Assembly (NCBI GenBank): GCA_016187515.1
Contig: JACPJN010000009.1
Coordinates: 132,891-196,890 of the forward strand
DNA from: Candidatus Uhrbacteria bacterium
GTDB lineage: Bacteria > Patescibacteriota > Patescibacteriia > GWA2-47-26
Direction: 5' to 3'
Length of the DNA: 64,000 nucleotides
The number at the start of each line of letters is the position of its first letter. The stretch's first letter is position 1. A program made the position numbers and the translations under genes. This document shows, piece after piece, positions 28,470-36,687 of this stretch. Below the pieces are notes generated by a model. It made no database searches. It saw only the letters and a program-made list of their open reading frames with translations, and was not told the origin of the DNA.

Positions 28470-28539
28470 TTCCGGGGCTTGGATTCGAACCAAGATAGCC
28501 AGGACCAAAACCTGGAGTCCTACCATTAGACGACCCCGG
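28470..28539 (-). tRNA. tRNA-Gln(TTG), CCA not encoded
   Basis: Reverse complement TCCGGGGTCGTCTAATGGTAGGACTCCAGGTTTTGGTCCTGG...GGTTCGAATCCAAGCCCCGGAA. Anticodon loop TTTTGGT. Confidence 0.8.
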
Positions 28540-28610
28540 AATTTTATAGACAACAAATAGACATTTGCCTTGCTGATAATATCATAGTTTATCGGATTTG
28601 TATATGCCAC

Positions 28611-28745
28611 GAGCGACAACCACTCCTTCTCCCACCCCCTCTAACTCCCCCTCGGGCAGGGGGAGAAACCTCCTTGAAAAGGAGGGGGGACTTTTTAATT
28701 TCCCCTCCTCTTTGAGGAGGGGTTAGGGGTGGTGAGAGAGTTCTT
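28611..28745. repeat. GC-rich mosaic palindromic element (ccaccccctctaactccccctcgggcagggggagaaacctcc; cccctcctctttgaggagggg)
   Basis: Direct read; a related copy sits at 29228-29290. Confidence 0.75.
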
Positions 28746-29094
28746 TGATAATCCCGGCGATTACCTCGCCAACATTCTCACATACATCATTGTCGGTAAA
28801 TCGAAGCACGCGAATTCCTTGGGCTTCAATGAACTTCTGCCGTTGTGCATCCCGCCGCTTCGCTCCCTCCTGATAATGACTATCCCCATCCAGCTCGACG
28901 ACCAATTTTACCCTGGGACAATAAAAATCGACCACATGAGGGCCGATTCCTTGCTGCCGACGAAATTTATACCCTTCCACATTACTCCCTCGCAGATAGT
29001 ACCAGAGAATTTTCTCACTCCGTGTCATTCGACTACGAAGTTTTTGACGCGTGGATTTTTGTGCGTTCGGGTTAAACAATTTTACCATAACCAC
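28723..29094 (-). CDS. DUF559 (Vsr-like) endonuclease-domain protein
   Basis: GYKFRRQQGIGPHVVDFYCPRVKLVVELDGDSH...RDAQRQKFIEAQGIRVLRF matches the DUF559 pattern. Confidence 0.75.
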   Translation of the reverse strand: MVMVKLFNPNAQKSTRQKLRSRMTRSEKILWYYLRGSNVEGYKFRRQQGIGPHVVDFYCPRVKLVVELDGDSHYQEGAKRRDAQRQKFIEAQGIRVLRFTDNDVCENVGEVIAGIIKELSHHP

Positions 29095-29330
29095 CCCTTA
29101 ATCCCCTCCTTGGAAAGGAGGGGAAATCTTAACCACCCCTTAATCCCCTCCTTGGAAAGGAGGGGAAATCTTAACCACCCCTTAATCCCCTCCTTGGAAA
29201 GGAGGGGAAATCTTAACCGCCCCTTCTCCCACCCCCTCTAACTCCCCCTCGCCTGCCCGCCTCTGGAGGGGGCAGGGGGAGAAACCTCCTTGCCTGTCCG
29301 CCTCTGGCGGGGAAAGGAGGGGAAATCAAA
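29095..29330. repeat. Three tandem copies of a 42-bp hairpin unit (cttaaccaccccttaatcccctccttggaaaggaggggaaat), then a GC-rich palindromic segment
   Basis: Direct read. Confidence 0.85.
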
Positions 29331-30240
29331 CGCGCAAGTAGCGCCGCACCGCGAAAAAGCTGGAAAGGGCGGTTAGGAAAAAAATGCCGACGAATTGCGC
29401 TCCGAAGATAAAGATCGCGTTGGCGCTGTAATAGCCGATCAGCGAAAGCGAGACATTTTCAAACAGCCGGTCAAAATGCGGCTGGACAAAATAAAGTCCA
29501 AGATAGACCACGGCGGCGGTCAAGATCGTCGCCGCAAATGAAAACAGCAAGGCCTCGAACAAAAATGGCCCCCGCACAAACCAACTGGACGCGCCAACCA
29601 AACGCATAATGCGGATCTCGCCGCGATGCGTATAGACCGCCACGCGCACCGTATTAATCACGACCAAGATCGCGATCACCCCGAATACTCCGGCCACGCC
29701 CAAACCAAACGAACGGATATTGCGCATCAGGGTGTTTATTCTGCTGATTACCAAGCGATGATCCTCAAAATTTTTCTCCTCAATAATCTCTTTGTACTCG
29801 GGGGCCTCAAGAAATTCAATAATCTTTGGGTACTGTTCCGGGTCGTGCGCGGAAACAGCCAGCGTTGCTCCAAAAGGATTTTCACCGAGTTCCTGCAGTG
29901 ATTCTGAAATTACCGGATCGTCTTTGTGCCGCTCCTTAAAACGCGCCAGCGCCCCTTCTTTGGGAATATAAGCGACTTCTTTTACTTCACTGCGCTTAAG
30001 CAGGGTATTGCGCACCTGTTCCACCTCTTCATTGGACACCTCGGGCTTGAAATACACGCTGACATCAATCTTGTCTTGTACCACCGTTACCGCCGCCTGC
30101 GAGACCGCGCCAAGGGCCACGACCAGGTTAACGGTTAAAAGCGAAAGGATGAGCAAGGTAATCGTCGCGATCGAAAGCCAAAGATTCCGGTGGAATTGCT
30201 GAAGTGAAAGTCGAACCACGCGGGCAAATGATAGAAACAT
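29326..30240 (-). CDS. ftsX: Cell-division permease FtsX
   Basis: N-terminal TM, periplasmic loop and three C-terminal TM helices (FtsX topology); ftsE is adjacent. Confidence 0.8.
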   Translation of the reverse strand: MFLSFARVVRLSLQQFHRNLWLSIATITLLILSLLTVNLVVALGAVSQAAVTVVQDKIDVSVYFKPEVSNEEVEQVRNTLLKRSEVKEVAYIPKEGALARFKERHKDDPVISESLQELGENPFGATLAVSAHDPEQYPKIIEFLEAPEYKEIIEEKNFEDHRLVISRINTLMRNIRSFGLGVAGVFGVIAILVVINTVRVAVYTHRGEIRIMRLVGASSWFVRGPFLFEALLFSFAATILTAAVVYLGLYFVQPHFDRLFENVSLSLIGYYSANAIFIFGAQFVGIFFLTALSSFFAVRRYLRV

Positions 30241-30325
30241 AGATCTTAATTGGGTAAATCAGGTAAAGCAAGCAAGTCAAGCACTTGATTTACCTGTCTC
30301 GCTTGATTTACTTGACTTGCTACAA

Positions 30326-31006
30326 TTATAACACGTATTTACCGTTTTCGTGGTCGGACATGATCTCCCCGCCATTTAAAGTAATCACCCGACGCCGGAG
30401 CTGGTTAACGACTTCGCGATTATGGGTTACCAAGACGACCGTGGTGCCAAAGCTGTTAATCTTTTTCAGTATATCAATAATCTCGCGCGTATTCAAGGCG
30501 TCCAGATTGCCGGTTGGTTCATCGGCAAGAAAAATCTTGGGACGATGCACCAAGGCGCGGGCAATCACCACCCGCTGCTGTTCTCCTCCGGAAAGCTGTA
30601 AGGGATAGCGGTGCGCTTTATCTTCCAGGCCAACGATGCGCAGCACCTGGGGAACCACTTCTTTGATGCGCCTCGGCAGCGCGCCGACCACTTCCAGCGC
30701 AAACGCGATATTTTCGTAAGCGGTCATGGCCGGGAGCAGTTTTAAGTCCTGAAACACTACTCCGATTTGTCGGCGCAGCATGGGTATGTCTCCCGCGCGA
30801 ATTCTGGTGATATCCCAATCCCCGATCTCCACTTGGCCTTTCGTCGGCCGCTCTTCGGCAATCAAAATTTTGATGATGGTGCTTTTGCCGGTCCCGCTCT
30901 GACCAACAATGGAAACAAACTCTCCGGACTTTACCGCGAAACTGATGTTCTTCAGCGCCACCGCATCCTCGGAATACATTTTTGTAACATTATGCAAATT
31001 GATCAT
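30326..31006 (-). CDS. ftsE: Cell-division ATP-binding protein FtsE
   Basis: Walker [10 protein letters not shown]; ABC signature LSGGEQQRV; Walker [12 protein letters not shown]. Confidence 0.9.
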   Translation of the reverse strand: MINLHNVTKMYSEDAVALKNISFAVKSGEFVSIVGQSGTGKSTIIKILIAEERPTKGQVEIGDWDITRIRAGDIPMLRRQIGVVFQDLKLLPAMTAYENIAFALEVVGALPRRIKEVVPQVLRIVGLEDKAHRYPLQLSGGEQQRVVIARALVHRPKIFLADEPTGNLDALNTREIIDILKKINSFGTTVVLVTHNREVVNQLRRRVITLNGGEIMSDHENGKYVL

Positions 31007-31034
31007 AAGTTCCCTTCAAGAATCTGACTGTGGG

Positions 31035-31829
31035 TCAATTTATGCTCTCCACCTTAACGCTCACCACCCCCACTTTCGGATTGGCCAAGTGTTCAAATGC
31101 GGCCCGATCCAGATCAATCACCCGCTCCGGGTGCTTTAGCCGGTCCGGGCCAAAATCATTAACCTTCACGACTACGGATTTACCGTTATCCACATTGGTT
31201 ACTTTCAACCGCGCGCCTGGAGGATAGTCCGGGGAAGCGGCACAATGGCAGTTCTTATATTTATACCAGCTCGCGAGCCCTTTTTCAAGTACCTGATTGT
31301 GGGAAAATACCGCTAAATAAGTCGTCCCTGTGGAAATCTCCGCCCGCAAGCGGTTTTTATCCGCAACGCTTTGCGAAGGAATATCCCGCCAGACATTATC
31401 ATCACCCCAGACCCGCAGGATTTTTTTTCCTAACGCTTCGCTAGGATAGCGAATTTCAACCGGCAGAGTTACCCCGGCGTTTCCCTTGATCACCAGACGA
31501 TACATGGGGGTAATCCGATGGACTTCCCCCAGGTTTAAATAGTACTCCGAGGCAAAAGTCGCGATCTCCACGCGGCTGCCGCCTAGAAGCGCTCCGGGCA
31601 TTATCCCGATTTTGACTCGCTCTCCCAGATTGCCCAACGTTATCCCTTTAACCGCCGTATCACTGTCAATCGTCCAGGCCTTTTGCTCCACCCCGATTGC
31701 CAATACTTGGGCCTGGGCGGAAGGAATGAAGAATGGAGAATGCAGAGAAAGAAAGAGCATGAAAAATGAAGCGTGAAGAATGAAGAATCTTGAACGATTG
31801 GTATTCATAATTCTTAATTCTACATTCAT
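31035..31829 (-). CDS. RlpA-like double-psi beta-barrel lipoprotein (septal lytic transglycosylase family)
   Basis: C-terminal GLASWYKYKNCHCAASPDYPPGARLKVTNVDNGKSVVVKVNDFGP fits the DPBB fold. Confidence 0.65.
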   Translation of the reverse strand: MNVELRIMNTNRSRFFILHASFFMLFLSLHSPFFIPSAQAQVLAIGVEQKAWTIDSDTAVKGITLGNLGERVKIGIMPGALLGGSRVEIATFASEYYLNLGEVHRITPMYRLVIKGNAGVTLPVEIRYPSEALGKKILRVWGDDNVWRDIPSQSVADKNRLRAEISTGTTYLAVFSHNQVLEKGLASWYKYKNCHCAASPDYPPGARLKVTNVDNGKSVVVKVNDFGPDRLKHPERVIDLDRAAFEHLANPKVGVVSVKVESIN

Positions 31830-31833
31830 ATTC

Positions 31834-31878
31834 TGGAGCCACCTCCGGGGATCGAACCCGGGACCTCTGCTTTACGAA
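31834..31878 (-). other. Orphan tRNA 3' half (anticodon loop to CCA): TTCGTAAAGCAGAGGTCCCGGGTTCGATCCCCGGAGGTGGCTCCA
   Basis: Canonical T-arm plus CCA but no matching 5' acceptor strand. Its first 17 nt equal the anticodon/variable region of the adjacent tRNA-Thr. Confidence 0.6.
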
Positions 31879-31898
31879 CCCCGCACCTTAAGCGCCAA

Positions 31899-31971
31899 AG
31901 CCGATGGTGGGATTTGCACCCACGACCTCTGCTTTACGAAAGCATTGCTCTGCTGGCTGAGCTACATCGGC
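31899..31971 (-). tRNA. tRNA-Thr(CGT), 73 nt, unusual T-loop TGCAAAT, no CCA
   Basis: Reverse complement GCCGATGTAGCTCAGCCAGCAGAGCAATGCTTTCGTAAAGCAGAGGTCGTGGGTGCAAATCCCACCATCGGCT. Enclosed by the 17-bp inverted repeat ccccgcaccttaagcgc / gcgcttaaggtgcgggg. Confidence 0.7.
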
Positions 31972-32073
31972 GCTTAAGGTGCGGGGCTACCGGCTGAGTC
32001 CCGACGCCCCTCGGGGTCGGGAGGCCGACCACAGCGTCGGCCCTAGGTCGGCGAACGCAAAAATTATACGCCA

Positions 32074-32895
32074 TCAAATGTCCGGTGTCAACTTGCCCTC
32101 ACCGGCAGGATTATAGCCCCGGTCAATCTCATCCCCATCCAGAAAGGTGTCATTGTCGCTATCGGGGTTGGCCGGATCAGTTCCCCAAAATATCTCCAAG
32201 GCGTCGGATAGGCCATCCTGGTCAAAATCCGCGAAAAATTCCGCGGTATCAACCGAACCGCCGGTAAGATAAGGCAGCGGCTTTGGCGCGCCATTGCGCT
32301 GCGCAGTAAGGTCCTGGAGTTGAGCGACCACTGCCCCAAGCTCTCGAACGGATACCGCCGCCGCGCTTAAGAACGGGTCTTGATATTGCGCTGCTCCCCT
32401 AAACTGGCCAACGCTGAAATTTATGGGCAGTCCGGAACTCCTCTTAAAAGCGAGCATTCCATTTTGATTGGGTATGCCCTTAAATAATTCCAAGACCTCC
32501 GGATCCCACTCAAACGCGTAACGCTCGCGCCCATGAATAAAATCCTTAAAGGCGGTCAGGCGTTTAACCAAGCGCAAGTGCGAAAAGACATGATTGCTTT
32601 TACCCAGGGTAATCCAGCGATTATTCAAAAGTTTTACCGGCGGATAAGCGATCCGCAGCCAGAGCTCCCCTTTTCTTTTCACCAGGTCAAGATACATTGG
32701 TTCCTTTCCGATCTGGCCTTCAAAGCGCATGCTCCAGACCGGCTCACGGTCCAAAGCGGCTTCCATATCCATCCGCGCGGCCTCGGGCGGATAATAAAAA
32801 AAGGCCGCGGCGGCCAAGAGCGCCGAGACGATCAAACTCTTTAATGCCGTTTCAATTCTCATACCGTGGGAAGCGGCGCTTTTATCTCTTCCCAT
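32074..32895 (-). CDS. Secreted hypothetical protein with C-terminal Asp-rich calcium-binding-like repeats (DQDGLSD, DPANPDSDND, DGDEID)
   Basis: Signal anchor and TSP3-like Asp motifs. Confidence 0.4.
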   Translation of the reverse strand: MGRDKSAASHGMRIETALKSLIVSALLAAAAFFYYPPEAARMDMEAALDREPVWSMRFEGQIGKEPMYLDLVKRKGELWLRIAYPPVKLLNNRWITLGKSNHVFSHLRLVKRLTAFKDFIHGRERYAFEWDPEVLELFKGIPNQNGMLAFKRSSGLPINFSVGQFRGAAQYQDPFLSAAAVSVRELGAVVAQLQDLTAQRNGAPKPLPYLTGGSVDTAEFFADFDQDGLSDALEIFWGTDPANPDSDNDTFLDGDEIDRGYNPAGEGKLTPDI

Positions 32896-33188
32896 TCCTG
32901 CAAATCGTCATTCCATTTGAAGGCCTGCAGCTTCTCGACAAACTCGCTATCGCTATAGATATAATCAATCTGCCCGGCGCGGCCGCTCGTTTTTGAGTAG
33001 GTAGTTTTCTTGTCCAGGACCGCCGGACGCACCACATACTCCAGCCGCATCATTCCCTGCGGCCCTTGAAATTCCAAAAATTCCCGGCTGGAGCGCGGGA
33101 TATCCTCAATCGGCCCTTTGCCCTCTTTAAGCACGGTAAATTTCGCCTTGACCATGGCTTTGGTGTCGAGCCATTTATCCTCACGCAT
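32859..33188 (-). CDS. Hypothetical protein
   Basis: ORF only. Confidence 0.3.
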   Translation of the reverse strand: MREDKWLDTKAMVKAKFTVLKEGKGPIEDIPRSSREFLEFQGPQGMMRLEYVVRPAVLDKKTTYSKTSGRAGQIDYIYSDSEFVEKLQAFKWNDDLQEWEEIKAPLPTV

Positions 33189-33290
33189 AGCACTCGGTGT
33201 ACGAATTACGAATGACGTTGCGAATATTACAAATTTGAACTCAACAACTTATTCGTAGTATTCGTTCAAGATTCGTAATTCGTACACAAT
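33181..33290. repeat. AT-rich repeats (cgaattacgaatg, attcgtaattcgtac)
   Basis: Direct read; upstream of the 32859..33188 start. Confidence 0.7.
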
Positions 33291-34321
33291 CAAAATGTTT
33301 TTCCTCGATCTTTTCCGCGCCGGACGTATTCATCGCCAATTACGCCCTCATCATACAAACGCTTGACTTTCATTTCCATGGTGACCATGCCCTCCTTGGC
33401 CGAGGTCTGAATGACCGAAGGAATCTGCGCCACTTTATTTTCGCGGATCAAATTGGCAACGGCCGGATTCATAATCATCATCTCGCGGGCGGCCACCAGT
33501 CCTCCTTTGAGCGCCGGAATCAGCTGCTGCGAGATTACGGCGCGCAAGGAACCGGCCAACTGCAAGAGCACTTGCTTTTGCCGCAAGCCCTCAAACATAT
33601 CAATGACGCGCTCGACAGTGGTGGCCGCGGTTTGCGTATGCAAGGTCGAAAGCACCAAGTGGCCGGTCTCGGCCGCGGTGAGCGCCGCTTGAATGGTCTC
33701 CAAATCGCGCATCTCGCCAACCAGAATGACATTGGGGTCCTGGCGGAGCACGTATTTCAAGGCCGCGGCAAAAGTCGGCGTATCATCATCAACCTCGCGC
33801 TGTTCAATCAAACTGCGCGCGTTGGAATAAACAAACTCAATCGGGTCTTCAATCGTAATGATATGCGCGTGCCGCTCCTGGTTCATAATTTCAATCATCG
33901 CGGCCAGCGTAGTGGATTTTCCGGAGCCGGACGGACCGGTAACGAGCACCAGCCCGCTATTCAATTTAGTAAGACCGTAGATCGTCTCGTCAAATCCCAG
34001 GGCAACCGGATCGGGAATTTGCTTGGGTATCAGCCGCGCGGCCAGTCCCATCAGGCCCTGCTGAAAATGAAAATTAATGCGAAAGCGCCAGCTATCGAGC
34101 GAATAAGCAATATCCAAATCCCGCTCCCGCTCCAGCCGCTCCAGCTGCGCTTTATTCAAAAGTTCCTGCGCGATTTGCTCCACCTCGCCTTTCGGTATTA
34201 CCGTCTGATTAACAAAAGTAAGCTCTCCGGCAACGCGCAAAGTCGGGGCGGAGCCGCTCACCACATGGATGTCCGAGGCCTTTTTCTCAATCGCGAGTTT
34301 AAAGTATTTGTCGATTTTCAT
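33290..34321 (-). CDS. pilT: Type IV pilus retraction ATPase PilT
   Basis: Walker A VTGPSGSGKSTT and the PilT/PilU secretion-ATPase core. Confidence 0.9.
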   Translation of the reverse strand: MKIDKYFKLAIEKKASDIHVVSGSAPTLRVAGELTFVNQTVIPKGEVEQIAQELLNKAQLERLERERDLDIAYSLDSWRFRINFHFQQGLMGLAARLIPKQIPDPVALGFDETIYGLTKLNSGLVLVTGPSGSGKSTTLAAMIEIMNQERHAHIITIEDPIEFVYSNARSLIEQREVDDDTPTFAAALKYVLRQDPNVILVGEMRDLETIQAALTAAETGHLVLSTLHTQTAATTVERVIDMFEGLRQKQVLLQLAGSLRAVISQQLIPALKGGLVAAREMMIMNPAVANLIRENKVAQIPSVIQTSAKEGMVTMEMKVKRLYDEGVIGDEYVRRGKDRGKTF

Positions 34322-34327
34322 ATTTTT

Positions 34328-34400
34328 GGTCGGGGCACTGGGAATTGAACCCAGCCCTCACGCACCCGAAGCGTGTATACTGCCGATATACTATGCCCCG
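34328..34400 (-). tRNA. tRNA-Pro(CGG), CCA encoded
   Basis: Reverse complement CGGGGCATAGTATATCGGCAGTATACACGCTTCGGGTGCGTG...GGTTCAATTCCCAGTGCCCCGACCA. Anticodon loop TTCGGGT. Confidence 0.8.
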
Positions 34401-34530
34401 CTAGTCGGTATTTTATTATACCCCATCCTCACCCCATTTGACAAATCCACCTCATTTTTCTATAATATACCCGCTTTGGGGACAACCCCAGCACAACCAA
34501 GCATGCCTGAAAAAGGCAAGGAGGATTTCA

Positions 34531-35187
34531 ATGGCCAAAACCACCGGCTTGACGCCCCGTTTCGAAGTACATGAGCTGGGTCCTGGCTACCACGCCACGG
34601 ACATCTGGGACGAAGACGGCGATCACGAATCGCGCGGAACCGTCTGCAACAACGAGCGCACCTTCGATTCCGGCGTGCTCGCCACCGACGAGACCATCGA
34701 GGTCACCTGCGGCCGGCTCATCGTGATCTGCCTGGACTACAGCGACAGGCAGAACGAGGACGCGGAACCCTCGCACGATCTCGAACCGGACGACGACTCG
34801 GTGGTGCTCCACAAGGGCAGCCGCTACCGCCTCGTCGCCGTAGGACTGACCCAGTACCATCGCGTGTACGGCCCCGAGGAAGAGGCCGAGGAGGAACCCG
34901 CGGCCGAGGAGCCGCCTCCGCCGCCGGATGCTTCCGCCGCCCCGGCCGAAGACGCGCCGCGCACCGTCCCGGAAACGCCGGCCGCGAGCCGGTCGGACAC
35001 GCCTTCGGCGAGCGCGCCGTCCGCGAGCCCGGTGCCGCCCCCGTCCCGCGGCGGACTGGGACTGCCGTCCGTCACGCGCAGCAGCGTTCCGGAAGGGAGC
35101 GGCATCAGCGTGCCGCCCGGGTCGAGTGCCGACCTCGCGCCCCGCGCGACCGGAGGCGAAGAGGGCGAGGACGGTTCGTCCGCCTAG
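34531..35187 (+). CDS. Hypothetical protein: about 110-aa globular N-domain plus acidic Pro/Ala-rich disordered tail; strongly GC-rich relative to surroundings
   Basis: A perfect AAGGAGG sits 8 nt upstream of the ATG. The overlapping minus ORF translates as Arg-rich nonsense. Confidence 0.5.
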   Translation: MAKTTGLTPRFEVHELGPGYHATDIWDEDGDHESRGTVCNNERTFDSGVLATDETIEVTCGRLIVICLDYSDRQNEDAEPSHDLEPDDDSVVLHKGSRYRLVAVGLTQYHRVYGPEEEAEEEPAAEEPPPPPDASAAPAEDAPRTVPETPAASRSDTPSASAPSASPVPPPSRGGLGLPSVTRSSVPEGSGISVPPGSSADLAPRATGGEEGEDGSSA

Positions 35188-35293
35188 ACCAATAGGCCAA
35201 GCGCACCTTCCAACAACGGCGCGCAAGCAGAACCTGCTTGCGCGCCTTTTCACTTACTGGCCCGAAATTTCGCTTGACAATCCTATGCTAATC

Positions 35294-36619
35294 CTATTGA
35301 GCCGGCGCTGGCACAGGCGCGGGCGCGGTTTCCCCAAAGGGATTGGCTCCCTCTGGTTGCGCCGGTTTTTCAAGCGCCTCGAATTTTTGCTGTAGCCGTT
35401 CAATGCGCTCCAAAACATTGCCCGGCACGGCGCGGCGCTTGCGTTCACTGTCAAAAATCAAATTAAACATTTTCTGTCCCAGCTCGCGCTGGATCGCTTC
35501 CATGGTCTCGCGCGCCACGCGGTATTCTCCGTCCCGTAAGGCCTCTTTAACCGGTATTAACAGATCATCCAGCTGCGTTTTAAGTTCCGGATCTTTAACG
35601 CGGCGAAGCGGCTCAATAAACCCGCGCATCATCTGCAGCGCACCGTTTACGTCGCCGGGCCAGCCGGGCTCATGAAACGCGTCCTGAAGAATACCGCGCG
35701 CATCCTCATACTCTCCCGCTTGATAAGCCGCTTTGGCTTCCGCGTATTTGGCGGCAAAATTCGCCATGATCGTATTGCACTCCTCCCGGCTAAACACCTT
35801 ATCCACCCATTTCTGTTTACAAAGATTCTTGGCGCGATTCAGGTCGCGCAAAACATTATTAAGCTCCTTCGGGAGTTCCACGGCCTGCCGAATCCGATTG
35901 ATCTCTTCCCAAAACTCTCCGGTATCTCCGCACTCTTCTCCCTCGAGTACGTCTTTCATGGCATCGTTATCCGTAGCCGCGTTTAATTGCGTCTGACACT
36001 GGGTTAGGCGTTCCTTAATCGCGTCCAGCTTAACCAGTTCATCTTGAGAACCTTTAAGGCGCACCAGTTGCTTGCGCACTTTCGCTGATTCCCGCAACTG
36101 ATCGCGCCACTCGCGCAGCCGGTCTTGTTTCCACCGCGCGGTATCTTGCCCCTCACGCTGCTCATGATCATCATCCTTCATCTCCGGCCTCGACTCGCCC
36201 GGACCCGCGTCCTTTAATTCTCCTTGCGGCGGATAATTACTGCATGGGCCGGGCATCTCCACTCCATTTACTCGACAGGTCTCCTTTACCGGCTCTTTCA
36301 CTTCCAAACCCGGCTGCGGGACCGGTGGCTGCCCTTCTACGGCGGGGGGCTGGGGTTGCACTGGCTGCGCGGGCTGTGTAAGTTCGGCGGACGGCGCTGG
36401 CGGCGTCACGGTTTGCCCTTGATCTTGGGCAATCAAATACCCGGGCTCCGGAAGCAGCTCGGATAAAATCGCCCCCTGCTGCTGCGCCGCGCTACCCAGC
36501 TGGATTGACCCGGAAAGCAGAAATAACGCGGTGGCGGCCAAAACGCTGCCCGCGATTTTAATCGTCTTTTCCTTTACGTCGCCACGATGATAGTGGCAAA
36601 AATAACAGAGATTGCGCAT
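35294..36619 (-). CDS. Secreted/anchored coiled-coil protein, hypothetical
   Basis: N-terminal TM, Pro/Gln-rich linker, long charged helical region. Confidence 0.45.
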   Translation of the reverse strand: MRNLCYFCHYHRGDVKEKTIKIAGSVLAATALFLLSGSIQLGSAAQQQGAILSELLPEPGYLIAQDQGQTVTPPAPSAELTQPAQPVQPQPPAVEGQPPVPQPGLEVKEPVKETCRVNGVEMPGPCSNYPPQGELKDAGPGESRPEMKDDDHEQREGQDTARWKQDRLREWRDQLRESAKVRKQLVRLKGSQDELVKLDAIKERLTQCQTQLNAATDNDAMKDVLEGEECGDTGEFWEEINRIRQAVELPKELNNVLRDLNRAKNLCKQKWVDKVFSREECNTIMANFAAKYAEAKAAYQAGEYEDARGILQDAFHEPGWPGDVNGALQMMRGFIEPLRRVKDPELKTQLDDLLIPVKEALRDGEYRVARETMEAIQRELGQKMFNLIFDSERKRRAVPGNVLERIERLQQKFEALEKPAQPEGANPFGETAPAPVPAPAQ

Positions 36620-36625
36620 ATAACT

Positions 36626-36686
36626 TAGAGTTTAGAGTTTAGAGTTTAGAGTTTAGAGTTTAGAGTTTAGAGTTTAGAGTTTAGAT
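36626..36686. repeat. Tandem 8-nt repeat (agagttta) x about 8
   Basis: Direct read; between the coiled-coil gene start and the GT4 gene end. Confidence 0.9.
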
Positions 36687-36687
36687 A

